Shown: piece after piece, positions 28,901-42,080 of the stretch | Layout of the letters: each line of letters opens with the position of its first letter | Position numbering within the stretch: position 1 is the first letter of the stretch | From: Octopus vulgaris | Lineage: Eukaryota | DNA: 64,000 nt | NCBI GenBank assembly: GCA_951406725.2 | Contig: OX597816.1 | Span: 126,976,001-127,040,000 of the forward strand | Direction: 5' to 3' | Program-made: the position numbers and the translations under genes | Notes under the pieces: generated by a model | The model's input: only the letters and a program-made list of their open reading frames with translations | Database searches by the model: none | Told to the model about the DNA's origin: nothing

Positions 28901-30351
28901 TAGGAGTACTGGTAAAATATTGCTTTCTTGACATGCATTGAGTGTATCTGTGCTGCTGGATAAGACAAAGATTACCAGAACCCCATTGAAGTATGTCTCT
29001 GACATCTGTGTTCAGAAAGTCAGTGCACATTTGTAGATCTAGTATTTATTGCTAACAATTATTTACTTTAGAAAGCCTTCCTGAAAAACAAAATTGATGT
29101 AAAAACATGTCTGAATAGGTATGTCAATATATGAAATATCATATCGTGTTCGATCCCTAACACATGAGTGGCAGGAATGGTTTTTGACTCTCAAAGTAAC
29201 TGAAAAGTGTTAAAAATTCCTACTTATTTCAATGGAAATGTCAATACTTTATAACTCATGCAATGAGCAATATAAAGCAAAACAGTCCACAGAGATATAC
29301 ACTTTTAATCAACCAACACTAACACTTTACTGTATTCATCCTTAAAAAAAATTAAAACTGCAACACAGCATAGTTTACCTCTATAGACCTAACTCTCTTC
29401 AATATCACTCAAAATTTTGGCAAAGTTCATTGATGTGAACATATGCAATTTGACAGACTACTTCAAAATTTCTGCTAAAATTGCCTGAACCTATCTCTCC
29501 TTTTACATACAACAATTCTGCTCAAAAGGACAACAGTTATATACTTCAGGTATCACATGCACTGACCAGATTGTTCTATTGGATTTCTTATGACCTGTCT
29601 GCAAGCATCTGTATCTTATCTAAACTTATCAAAAGGGCTTTTCAAATAAGACACTATTAACGTATCTTTCTTCTTGTTATTAAATAGCTATATCTGAACA
29701 TGCCTTACAGACTAGAATTAACCAAACATTTATAGACAGTATTATACTGTGCATAGCCATTAAGAGTGTTTTAACATTTTAGGTGCAGAGAGACAGTCAA
29801 GAACATACTGTTATTTAACCTGCTGTTGTATGATTGAACTTTTAAGTTGTCACTGTATACTTTGTATAGTTATCACTATGTTTCAATCTAGAAATGCCAG
29901 AATAGATCAGGTACTCTACCACACTATCAGGATCTTGCTAGTAAAAGGATTCAGGCTTGTTTACCATGCCTGAAAATTTTCTACAAGGACAATGTTTTTT
30001 GCTAGATTTTGGTCATTTTGGAAATTTTTGAAGACATTTGATATAGTCCCAGGATTTGATTAAATGCTTCAATTAATTATAACTTTCTGGTTTTTTGATT
30101 TGTTATGAAATTCAACTACTGTAATTGATTTTTGTGTCAGTGTACAATACTTTTTAATCAGTTTACCAAAGCTATATAAAGAACATAGGTTTTTAGTTAA
30201 TCAATGTCCAGCTAAATATAAATTTATATAAAAGCTGCAATCTAAGTCTTTTAAACAAAAGAATTTCAAATATTCAAGCTATTGCATTAAAAAGGAAATT
30301 ATATTTATTTAGTGCATCTTTATTGTATTATATTTATTGCATTGTTTTAAA

Positions 30352-30382
<31 letters not shown>

Positions 30383-33269
30383 CAAGATATAACTTTGGAT
30401 ATCTGCCAATTTTATAAGAAATATTGCTTAAACTAATTATATTTGTATAGATAAGTAACCTCAAATATGTTATTGATAATATTTTTAAGTACAAGATATT
30501 TATATAAGTATACTTCTGATAAAGAAGATAAAATAATATAAAAATACTGAATATTAGGAGTTCAGAAAATTTCTATGAAGCCCTATACTGTGGATGCTGT
30601 TTTAAATAAATATCTTAACTTTAGATAATCTAATACAATGATAAATATTTATTCTTGATGAAAATATATTGCCCTTACTTGAAATGAGAAAACCTTTCAT
30701 AATTATAACAATAAAGATAAATTGACAATATTTCATTTTAAGAATCAATCAGTGTAATCAATCAAAAAAGTGGGCAATTCCAGTAACATTTTGGCCCTTA
30801 TTCAGAGAATTAAGATTTCATGAATTGAATTCCTCACTTTATCAATTTTTGTTGTTCTTATATTCTCTATTGAAATTGTTATTTGCCTATTGTACATCTT
30901 TGGTTGAGCATTTCAGTCATTCGTTTGTTAATAACTTTGATTTAAGATAAAGATTTTTTGGTGACGTTTGCATGAGTGCTTTCAAAATACAAGTCCTTCT
31001 CTTGACTTGAAAGTCATCAGTAATATGCATACCTGGGAATTCCTCTATTGTAATGCCATTAAGTTACTTATGCTGAATGATACGAATATACAATTGATAA
31101 AGTAAATAATTTAAAATGACTAACTCTTTATAGTTATGATATAAGCAATCTGACTTTTGATATATTGTTTTTGCTAGACCATTATGTTTTTCTAAACTAT
31201 GTTTCTGATAATTATTACTCATTAATGCTTTTCTATGAAAGAATAATTTTTGGATGGTTTAATCACAGAGAAAGAAAATTCTTATTATCTCAGGCTCTCA
31301 GAGAATAGATTATCTAGGTAAATAAGTAATTCAAAGGTGAATACAAATTAAAAAATGTGCTAGTTGCAGTTCATGAAATCCTGCTCTATGATTAATGATC
31401 AAAAAGTTTCTGAAACTTTCAGATTAACATAATTGATGTTTATTTTCCATATCTAAGTCAATATCTCCATAAAAAAAGAGCTGTAAAGGAATTCAGCTGA
31501 TTACTTGTAAGTAAGGATTGAGCACAGTGGTTAGTGATGAACTTGGAAAAGAAGATAGCATTGGTGATGAGAAAACGAGAAACAGTTGTGTTGGATGGAT
31601 TTGTATGGGAGTGGTAGGCAATTAACCAATTCAGAAAAATTAAAGGACGTTTAATAGCTATAGAATATATTATATCAGTTTGCCAGTCAGTCATAACCTT
31701 CTTTGGGATTTTGTGTGGGATTTCTGTGTGTAGTGGTAGTCCTTAAACACGTGGTGGGAGTATTCTACTGTGGATTTTATTTAAGATTGATTGAGTGTCA
31801 ACAGCTGAGCTGAAATGTTTTGGAAGTTTGTCAGGGACTCATTTTAATAACTATGGCAGTTTTAAATGTGAGTTGATTCAGCTTAAAAAGTGTCAAGTAC
31901 AATATTGTCTTCTTTATATATGCAGTGATTGTGTATCTGAGACAAAAATTGTTATGTCTTCAGTGGAAGGTGTTTTCAAGGTCATCTGTTCAAAAAAGCA
32001 GAGTAACTTTGACATGAAATATATAGTTTGAATATGCATGATGCTGGAGTGTGTGGAATATTAGACAGAAATTATGAGCAATAAACTCTGTTAAGAAGTG
32101 AAGAAAAATTATTAGCATCTATAACTTGATGAATGGATTATTATTATATAAAACAAGTGAATGTGCTTGATGTATTTCATTCTGTCTTTTGAATAGCGAA
32201 TTCCTTTGTTTAGACTTAGCTTGAAACCAAAATCCAAGATATTGTACTTAATAATAAGATACACTGCCTTTGTTATCATTTCTACAAATATTTTTCAGTT
32301 CATGATCTGTAATTTCTCCTCCAATAGTTCTGTAGTGGAGAGGGAAACCATATTTGGTTGATTAGCACAGTTGTGCTATGACAACTTCAGCCAATAAAAG
32401 CTGGCTGCAGATTAATACAAACAGCAGCTTCTGCCCAGCAGTATTTTGCACCTTTTTTCAATAGTTAGCTTTCAGTTAGCAGGAAGACCCAAAACAGTCA
32501 ACACACTTTTTCATAATGTACATCTTCTGGTATTTTTACCAACTTCCAACTACTGATTTTTACATTAAGCTTGCCACGACTACCCATATCCTTCACCATG
32601 GATGGAACCGGTATGTTTTCAGTTAGTTGGTGAAGAATTGGCACACCTGTAATATATCTCCTTTGAAACATGAAAGGATTCTTGTGTGTTAATCACCCAC
32701 TTCATGCACAATTTTGATTACCTGTTGTTATACATAAATTTATTGCAGGAACTTAACTAAGCTAGTTCACTTATAACTATTAAATATAAACGTTTCAGAT
32801 TATCTTCTACACTTGCATTAACCTCATCATCATTGTGTCATTCTTGTCATAATTATCATGCCTCTGTTGAAGAAACATCTGTTTCTTCAACCTTTTTATG
32901 TGTTGGATTGTTCTGTAATTTCAGAATCTTTCCTTGTGTCTTAGTTCTGTATCAGCTCCCTTGGTTGTGGCATTGTATTCCTGCCTAGTCTCACAATTAA
33001 ACTATGGGTTTATTTTGTCTACTATCTTGTAATAAGTCAGTCTTAAAACTAATTCTTTTGGCAGTTAATCTTTAGAATTTAATTTTCTTAAAAATTGTTA
33101 GTTTTGATGTTTAACTACAAATATTTATATGGGAAATTGTGAAATGAGTTACATTTTCTAAGCCATTGAAGAAGTGATTAATCATCTAAAGAATTCAAAT
33201 AATTTGTCTCTCATTTAAACTTACCAGAGTTTTAAATGTTTAAAATTCTCTAAAAATCAATATATTTGT

Positions 33270-33555
33270 TGGTCATTTTTTTTTTTTTTGCCAAATAAAC
33301 ACACACATTATATACTTGTTCTTCACTTGTTTGTTACTGTTTTTATTCTAACTCATGTCCATTGTCCAGAAATCTTTTGTCACACATCTATGACCTCTTC
33401 AGTGACACCTTCCATCTTTGTGTGCTCTTAGGTCACAGATGTGTGACGAAAGATTTCTAGACAATGGACATGAGTTAGAATAAGAACAGTAATAAATGAG
33501 TGAAGAACAAATATATAGTGCGCTTGTTTATTCGGCAAAAAAAAAACAATGACCA
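33270..33555. repeat. About 125-bp inverted repeat containing a hammerhead-like core (Penelope-pLTR-like)
   Basis: 33270-33396 is the reverse complement of 33430-33555. Minus strand of the left arm: tgtca-CTGAAGA-ggtca..tgac-aaaa-gatttc-tggaca. The right arm keeps gtcac..gtgac-GAAA-gatttc. Confidence 0.8.
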
Positions 33556-33830
33556 TTCCAAAATACAACAATATCTATTTCAATACATGGTTTCACATCA
33601 GGAATCTTGCAATGCAAATTCATAAATGTAACAATATGATATGCATTTTCTGCTTTATAAATGCCTCATAACTTTCCATGTTCTCCTAGGATGAGGAATT
33701 GAAATAATTTGATAATCTGATGAAAGTGATATATATTGAGATTTAGGGGACTGGTGTTCAAAAAAAATATATGTAAAGGAGGGAATTCCAGAAACATGCA
33801 ATTCTGAGTGAGAGAATTTAGTTAATATAT

Positions 33831-34059
33831 ATTTCTTTACTACCCACAAGGTGCTAAATACAGAGGGGACAAACAAGGACAGACAAACCGATTAAGTTGA
33901 TTACATCGACCCCAGTGCATAACTGGTACTTAATTTATCGACCCCGAAAGGATGAAAGGCAAAGTTGACCTCGGCGGAATTTGAAGTCAGAACGTAACAG
34001 CAGACAAAATATGGCTTCGCACTTCGCCCGGTGTGCTAACGTTTCTGCCAGCTCACCGC
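33831..34059 (-). mobile_element. Full-length family A SINE
   Basis: Reverse complement of gcggtgagctggcagaaacgttagcacaccgggcg...ttcatcctttcggggtcgataaattaagtaccag...ttgtgggtagtaaagaaat. Confidence 0.9.
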
Positions 34060-36627
34060 TGCAGAAGAGCAGAGTCTAAGACAATATTTATAATGAAAGA
34101 TTAGATTTAATAAGATATACTTTCAGTTTATTTCAGTCTGAAATTACCAATAAAATTTTTAAAGCAAATATATCCAAGTGTTTATTTATTTAATCAGATG
34201 ATTAATTTCTAGTAGTGCCTTAAAAATTCACTATTATTTATTAATTTTCATTTACCTGTTAAATTATAGTTTGTGTAATTATGTATATGTGTAAAATGCT
34301 GCAAGAGAATAGTCAAAATTTAATTACTTTTCCCAATTGCTAATGTTATAAAATTTCATTTTTCTTCTCAGTGTAGAAATTTTAGAGTAAATGTGTATTT
34401 AAAACTGCAATTTATTTTCTTAGGGAGAATGAAAACAACTGATGAAATTAGCATGCTAGTTTGTAGGGGGGTCAAACAAACCAAAACATTCAGGTAAAAT
34501 CAAAAGATGTAAAACTGAAAAACAGAACAAATTTATATCTGTTTGTTATAAAACATCTATTTCCAACTTGATGGCTCAATACATGTTAGATCAGTATATT
34601 TTGTTTATTCTTGTATTCTTGAGGTTGAAATAAGCTTGTCCTTTTCAAGGCATGCCTGTACTGGTGTCAGCCTTCTGGCTATGCCATTGTTGAATGGAAC
34701 ATCATTATGAAAAGAAAAAATATTCTAAAATCTGTATTTTCTTCCAGTTTTAAAAAGACATTACTGTATGTAAATGCTCAATGGCTGAATATGCTAAGTA
34801 TGTCAGTACCAGTTCAAAGAGACAAGTTTAAATATATTGCAGGAAATTTATTGTGTCTTCAGAGTATCAACTTATTTTCTTGTACAGAAGTTCAAATGGC
34901 TATTGTTTGTGGATTCCAGATCTTCAATGTCTCTTGCAACATACGGGTATCCTATCAATGGGTTAGTGTTTTAATTAGTAGCTTCACACTTTGAAATTAT
35001 ATTTGTGTATCAGTAGATAAGAATACTTGAAGTCCAGCAATACTCCATCAATATTTTTCATCAGATGTCTATTAAAAGTTAAAACATTAATAAAACTAGT
35101 TGCTTGTATTCAAATGTATTTCCTTTGTGGGATCTAAAGTATTTGCTTTCCATTAATTCTTTCTCTGTATCAGCATTTGAATATATTTTCGTTATAATTT
35201 CATCCCTAGACTGGTCTGTTTTTCATATAGCTGAGAGTTTCAATTAATCTAAGGAATCTACCATGTGATAATTAAAAACCTTCTCTGAAAATATTTTTAG
35301 TAACATATGATAATTTCAATAAGAAAAGAAATGAAAATAATGTTTTTAAGCTTCAAACATCATAAGCATATATTTTTAAACTGATATTATGATTCCTGAC
35401 ATGATTTTGAAGAAAAAAAGAATAATAATTTGGTCTATATATGAAATATTTAAATATGAAGACATTTTAACCACTCGTATCAGTTACGATCCTGACTATC
35501 TGTCAATAACTGACTGATTACTTGAATAAACAACTTGAGTTATATGTATTGATTAAGAAATCATTTCTGTTTTGCAAGACTAATAATTTGGTTAGTGCAT
35601 CTATTGTTGTTACCATGTTCTCAGAATTATTGTTTTGCTTTCTTATTTTCTGGAATGAGCTATTTATGAGAAAATAAATCATCGTTATCATCATTGTTTG
35701 AATGTCCACCTTTCCTTGCTTTCATGAGTTAGACACGATTTATTGAGATAGATTTTCTATGGCTTGATGCCCTTCCTGGCATCAACATTTACTTGTTTCT
35801 AAGGAAGATTATATTGCACTATGAATAGACATGTTTTTCACAGAAGACTGGAATCAAATAATGTTTCATGCATGGTGGAGATGCTCATTTTACAATCATT
35901 GCATGTCAAGATGAGGTTATAAACAGACACAGGCAAATACACACATTCACATTGGGCTTCTTTCAGTTTCTGTCGACCAAATCCACTCACAAGTCGAGAG
36001 CTTTGCAGTGGGACCAAGTCCAAAGTTATTTGGTTGGATACCAAACTTCTTAACCACACAGCCATATATGTGCTTATATCAAGGGAAAATAAATATACAA
36101 TATAAAAAAAAAAAGAAGGCACATCATTTTACTTCTGAAATAATGTCTCTAATATACATATATATATATATGTCTCTAATATACAGTGTTGAACCAATGT
36201 TGTTTTTACTCATTAGTATTGAAATAATTTAAAGCTTTAAACAGTTCTATATCAGTTTTTCAATGTGTGATTGTATAATCATATATTTATCTATATGCAA
36301 AGTTATATAATTGTGATCACTTAATTACTATGTTACATCTATAGTAAATTAAAAACAATAGATTCTGAAAGAAATTAGACTTTACTTTGTCCTTGTAGCA
36401 TAACACTGATTTCTCTGTTTGAAAAAATTGAACTGCAGAAATGGTATAATATTTTGGCATGTGAGAAAAGGTGTGAAATAAGCGATAGTTCCACTTTTAA
36501 AGGTTGATGACTTTCATCATCATCATCATCATCATCGTTTAACGTCCGACTTTGTAAATGTTTAATACACTCACATGCCAACACACACACGTACACACAC
36601 ACAATAATAATAATAATAATAATAATA

Positions 36628-37173
36628 AATGCCCTGATGCAGTACCAGACAGTGCCTCTCATGGCTTCTGATCTTAACTGATTGGAAGTGTTATCATGTA
36701 CATTGTTTTGTCTTGGTATAAAAGATGGGCTACAGCAAATATTCTGCTCAATACCACAGATCTACTTGTCAGTTGTTTGACTATAACCAATTGAGCATGT
36801 CCCCTGGTGGCTAACAATATGTGCTTCTCTGATCATGAGCAGAAGTAATGGTGGAGCATCATAGCCGTGTGTTGAAAGGAATTCTTGGAGGTTTGGATAA
36901 TTCACATTTAGAACCATAGGTGGTTCGTTCAATGTCCTTAAACAATCCTTATTCAGGGACCTTTTGAGTGGGATGGGCTACTTGACCAGAAGAAAATTCT
37001 AACTGCAATGTCATGCGCTGCTTATCTTGATATGAGATCATCATGTCGTGTACATTTGGTTGTGATGCATGTGCCTGCTGTACCCTTATCAGACGGGTAA
37101 TCATGATGGGTATACTGGGCTTCGTATATTTTACCCCAGTGTCACTTTGATGGCATACACTGCTCTCTCACTC
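36628..37173. mobile_element. About 550-bp interspersed element embedded in an (AAT)n microsatellite
   Basis: Relatively GC-rich block bounded on both sides by in-phase (AAT)n runs (36603-36627 and 37174-37228). Class not determined. Confidence 0.6.
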
Positions 37174-37214
<41 letters not shown>

Positions 37215-39579
37215 TAATAAATAATAATTGTAGAAAGTACAATATATTGAAATATACCTCATAAACAAGATGCTGAAAAGAGAACTATATGAAAACATTT
37301 CCCAAAGATCATAAGTACTCTTTCACAGAAGACCCAGGAATCTTTTTGCTTATAAAATGATGAATAAACACATCATGCTGATCACATCATTCAAAATATG
37401 GGAATATAATGGAAAGTGAGCTGCTTGTAAATAATTTCTCATTGATACAACACCTTATCAGTGTGTATCATTGCTTTTCTGCATGTATTATGTATAATTT
37501 CACTCATGAAATAAATATGTCAACATATGAATATATGTGTTTATGTGTGTATGTGTGTGCATTTAGTTATATTAACAGTTTGTGTCAGAGAAAAGCATAC
37601 CCTGTTGTTCATATATATTGAATTGGTTTTATATATGAATATTTATCTAACTCAATGTAAATGTACAGATATTAACTGACAATCACCAATACTAAAACAG
37701 CTTTACAGTACACTAGAATATATGATTACAGTATCTGTGAAAGTTGCAGCTGATATTGAAAATTATATAGGCTGTTGGAATGTAATAGTAGATGTTGAAA
37801 TAGCATCAAGACCTATAAAATCTTTATCTGGATGTCTTCTAATCTAGTTCACATTTCTGCAGTCCACCCAGCTCAAAATAAATGTCAATTGTAGCTTGAG
37901 TTAACCTTGTATTCAGTAAGGAAGAGCTTGTATTACCAGTTTCTTAAACACCTCAGAAATTAACATAAACTCTGTCCTAATAAATCTGTTGGCTTGAAAC
38001 AAAATACCACCAAATAAGTAATCATGGATATTCTTCCACAATAAACCCAGCAAGCTCATTATTGAAATCATCAGTCTCAGTAGACTGAGCAAGATCAACT
38101 TGATATCATATTAAATAAGCCTCCACCAGTACAGATTAAGATATGGGTTTTAGGGGCTACTGCTCAGTGACCTATGTAGTAGGAGAGCTTCTACATATTA
38201 AGTGAAACAATACTGAGAGCCTCTCAGTGCATGTAGCTCAGGGTCTTAGAAAGTCTTAATCTTGTCCTATCCACCACCGACTACTCTTACTTGAATTGGA
38301 TCCATTCTTGCCATAATGAAAGTCAATAAGGAAAAAAGGAGAGAAAAAGGCATTTTCACCACTTTGCATTTTTGGCTTTGAAAATCTGGCAATATCTTCT
38401 CTAAATTATTTTACCATACATTAAAATTGTTACAAATGCTTTATATTGATTTTATTTTGAAGAATATTTTGACAGGGTTTGTTAGCTCGAGCTTCCTTTT
38501 ATACAGGATTAATCTTAAAATTGTTCTAATGTATTTTTCTATTATTAATTAAGAAAGATGAACCAATTATAAATTCAGATTATGTTCAGTATGGTGAATC
38601 ACTTAAATGAAAGAAAGCCTCTTGTAAGATGTGTATTTAAATCCATAAAAATAAATATATCCTTTGCCCTGCCTCACATCCTTGCAAGAATATCATGTGT
38701 AATTTATAGCTACAATTCTTAAAGTTTTACAGCATTGAAGCAAAGTTAAAAGATATTTCCTGCTTGAAATTTTCTAATGTTACTTCATTTTCAAACAGAG
38801 ATATTATCTTATTTTGTTTGTATACACATTTTCGTGTTTCAGTATGGAATATTTAGATATAAAATTTTCTCATTCTATTTATTAATTCATTTTCTGCTTC
38901 ATATGAAATACATTTCTAATATTGTCAAAAAGGACTGAAGGTGATTTAGCATCACTAAGACCTTTGTCAACCAGCTATCTATTTAAAGCTATATATGGTT
39001 ATGGTACATCCTCACTTCTAGTATGGATCCTACCCCAACTCCATCTTGTCCACAATATCGATCTGCTGGATGTTGTCCACAGGCATGCAACTAGATGAAT
39101 GCCATCTCTTGAATGCATTGCTTCTCTGGGCATCAGCACACAAATTTCAACATCTTGTAGCTGGTTTGGGAAAAGCTCATGATCATTATCCATGATCATT
39201 CCAGCAACAAATTTGGCCATTTTTGGAATTCAATGCCTCTATTACTCATGGACATAATTTTATAATCAAATAACAGCACAGTATCCATGACTTCCAGAAA
39301 CATTTCTTTCATGCTCAGAATTGTCAAAACATGGAATATACTAGCCACATCTTGTTAGCTGTCAGAACACTGCATCCTTCAAAATTTCCTTGCTTTTGGA
39401 AATTCGCTAACACTGTACCTGAGGTGCCTATGCACCATTTCCTCTCTACGACTCTTTTAATGTTACTTTTTTATGTGTTTTCCTGTGCTTTATTCTGCAT
39501 GTACTTCTGTCTTTCAATGCTGTCTTTTTAAACTAATTTTTGGCAAGTTGTAGTGCACTTGAGCACTGTATACAATATG

Positions 39580-39624
<45 letters not shown>

Positions 39625-40258
39625 ACAACTGATTTGACTCAGGTTCATTCTTATTCCTGGTAGAATTAATGTGGGTAGCAGGTTATAACCTATAACCTTA
39701 GGTATCCAAATCTTTCAATAGTCTTTCAAATGCTTACAACCTTCCTGATAACCTTTTGCTTACAGTTCTCAATGCACCAATTATTATAGGCACAACCTTT
39801 GCAATTTTCATATTCCAAATTCTTGCAATTTCATATTTTAAGAGACTGTATTTTTTTGGTTTTTGTCTTCTTTCTTTACAATCCTGGAATCAAATGGACA
39901 TGATAGATAAATTAGGCAACTTGTCAAGTATTGTTATGTCTGTTCTATTGTTTTCTAGCTTCTTGTCTGTTTGAATAGGAAAGTCCCACAGAATCTTACA
40001 ATTCTCCAACTCCTGCCCTCTTTTGACCTGATGTTCATACCACACAGCTCCAGCTTCAAATCCCCAATTTCTGGCAAAGCTTCCAGTGTAAAACTTTTGC
40101 TACTTGGTCATGCCTTCATTTCTGATATTCTTCCTGTCCCAACTTTTGACATTCTGCAACAAGGTGTGCCACTGTCTCATTCCAAGTTCCATAGATTCTA
40201 CATTTTCCTGATACATTTTTCCCTCAAGCTGTTTGTTTCTATTGCTTGATCTTGCACT
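39625..40258 (-). mobile_element. R4/Dong-like non-LTR retrotransposon fragment (restriction-like endonuclease domain)
   Basis: Minus strand gives KILWDFPIQTDKKLENNRTDITILDK and KKYSLLKYEIARIWNMKIAKVVPIIIGALRTVSK (RLE-domain motifs). Flanked by (TTA)n on both sides. Confidence 0.85.
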
Positions 40259-40263
40259 ACTAC

Positions 40264-40313
<50 letters not shown>

Positions 40314-40334
40314 ATTATTTGTTCAAATGCTGTC

Positions 40335-40502
40335 AAAGTGATGAGCTGACAAAATCCTTAAGACACCAAAAAAATGCTTAGCATCATTTCATCTGTCTTC
40401 ACACTATGAGTTCAAATTCTGCCGAGGTCAAATCTGCCTTTCATTCTTTCAGGGTTGATAAAATAACTACCAGTTATTTTATCAAATATTGATAAAATAA
40501 CT
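40335..40502 (+). mobile_element. Family A SINE 5' part, interrupted; continues at about 42118-42165
   Basis: gtgatgagctgacaaaa...gagttcaaattctgccgaggtc...agggttgataaaataactacca; resumes as actaccagttgagtactggagtcaatg after 42117. Confidence 0.8.
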
Positions 40503-40524
40503 ACCACTATGGCATATGCCCACA

Positions 40525-40617
40525 GGCATATGGCGTAGTGTTTAAGAGTGCGGGTTACTAACCCCAAGATTCCGAGAGCGATACCAAGCAGTAACCTGAA
40601 CACTAAAAAACAACAAC

Positions 40618-40651
<34 letters not shown>

Positions 40652-40786
40652 TCGAAAAAATACCTTAAGAAAGAGAACCCAAGTTCGAAATTTCCCCAAG
40701 ACACCTGAAGAAGGCTGGAGCGTATATCAGCCGAAACGTGTTAACAACAAACAAGATGAGGACAAATATCCGTCAAATGTAAATAA
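40525..40786 (+). mobile_element. tRNA-headed SINE-like element (family D) with a hammerhead-like tail; 3' end continues at 42083-42121
   Basis: ggcatatggcgtagtg (A box), anticodon-like cgggttactaaccc, (AAT)n, then gacac-CTGAAGA-aggctg..cagcc-GAAAC. The tail matches the copies at 47374 and 48735/48999. Confidence 0.8.
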
Positions 40787-40788
40787 TA

Positions 40789-42080
40789 CGAGGGGCGTTC
40801 AATAAGTAATGCCTCTGACCCACTTGCAATTGTTTGATCTAGCTGAAATTTTGCATGTGCAATCATTTATATCTCTATAGATTAAGTGGCAAATTACAGC
40901 TCTGAACTACTTGTGGTTTCCGATTTACAGGTGTTTGAACTGAGTCAAGTGTGAAATGGAGCAGGTTGAGTGTCAAGCAGTGATCCAGTTTTTGTATTTG
41001 AAAGGACGCACACCACGGGAGACTTTTGATGAAATGAAAGTAACTTATGGTGATGATGCCCCATCATATGACCTTGTAAAACGCTGGCATCGTGAATTCA
41101 AACATGGTCGGAACTCTGTGGAAACAGCTCCCAGATCTGGTCGCCCCCTTCTGCCATTGATGAGGCATCTGTCTGTCAAGTTGAGGCTGCCATTTTGGAA
41201 GATCGACGCATAACTATTCGCCAAATAGCCCATGAGGTCAAGATTAGTACCGGGTCTGTGGAAACTATCATTCATGACCATTTGCATATGCAAAAGGTGT
41301 CTGCCAGATGGATTCCCAGGTTGCTCACACCTTTCCAGAAGCAAGAACGCGTCGATTGCTCGAGGATGAATTTGGAGATGTGCCAAGAAGATGAGTCAAA
41401 ATTTTTCAAAAGACTGATTGCATAGGGTAAAACCTGGGTCCATCACTATGATCCAGAGACCAAAGCCCAGTCAATGCAGTGGAAGCACCGTGACTCACCT
41501 CCTCCAAAGAAGGCAAGGGTGCAGCCCTCCGCTGACAAGGTCATGCTTACAGTCTTCTGGGACCAGGACGGAGTAGTGAAGACAAATTTCCTGGCAAAGG
41601 GTGCCACAATTACAGGAGTCTATTATGCTTCACTTTTGAGGAAATTAAGAGAAGCTATCAAAATCAAGAGGCGGGGCAAACTCAGCAAAGGCATCCTCCT
41701 CCTGCAGGACAACGCTCCGATCCACAACTCGCGTGTCGCCAGATCAGAAGTACAGGCGTGCGGCTATGAACTCATCCCCCATCCCCCCTACTCTCCTGAC
41801 CTTGCACCCTCTGATTTTCACCTCTTCCCAGCCATGAAGTTGTTTTTGAAAGGAAAGCGTTTCCCAGATGATGCAGCCTTGATTTCTGAAGTCACATCGT
41901 GGTTGGAGGACCAAGCTGGGGTCTTCTACAAAAACGGTCTTCAGAGCTGCATCAAACGATGGAAGAAATGCGTAACTCAGGGTGGTTCCTATGTAGAAAA
42001 AGACTAATAACTGTTCCAAGTTTTGTTGCTCTACTGCTATGGGAAGTGGGTCAGGGGCATTATTTATTGAACGCCCCTCA
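40789..42080 (+). mobile_element. Full-length mariner DNA transposon (D34D, irritans/Himar1-like), 1292 bp
   Basis: 37-bp TIRs cgaggggcgttcaataagtaatgcctctgacccactt / aagtgggtcaggggcattatttattgaacgcccctca (3 mismatches). TA on both sides (40787-40788, 42081-42082). Confidence 0.96.
40956..42007 (+). pseudogene. Mariner transposase, disrupted
   Basis: HTH N-terminus, RSGRP, WIPRLL, KVMLTVFWD, LLQDNA...YSPDLAPSD (34 residues between the two Ds). Frameshift near 41150, TAG at 41423-41425, and the first catalytic DETW reads GKTW. Confidence 0.95.

Noticed and set aside
22100-33200. Host gene exons (scattered ttttcag and gtaag motifs, short ORFs)
   Set aside because: No consistent exon with an open frame and recognisable protein similarity. 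Small exons cannot be excluded without RNA-seq.
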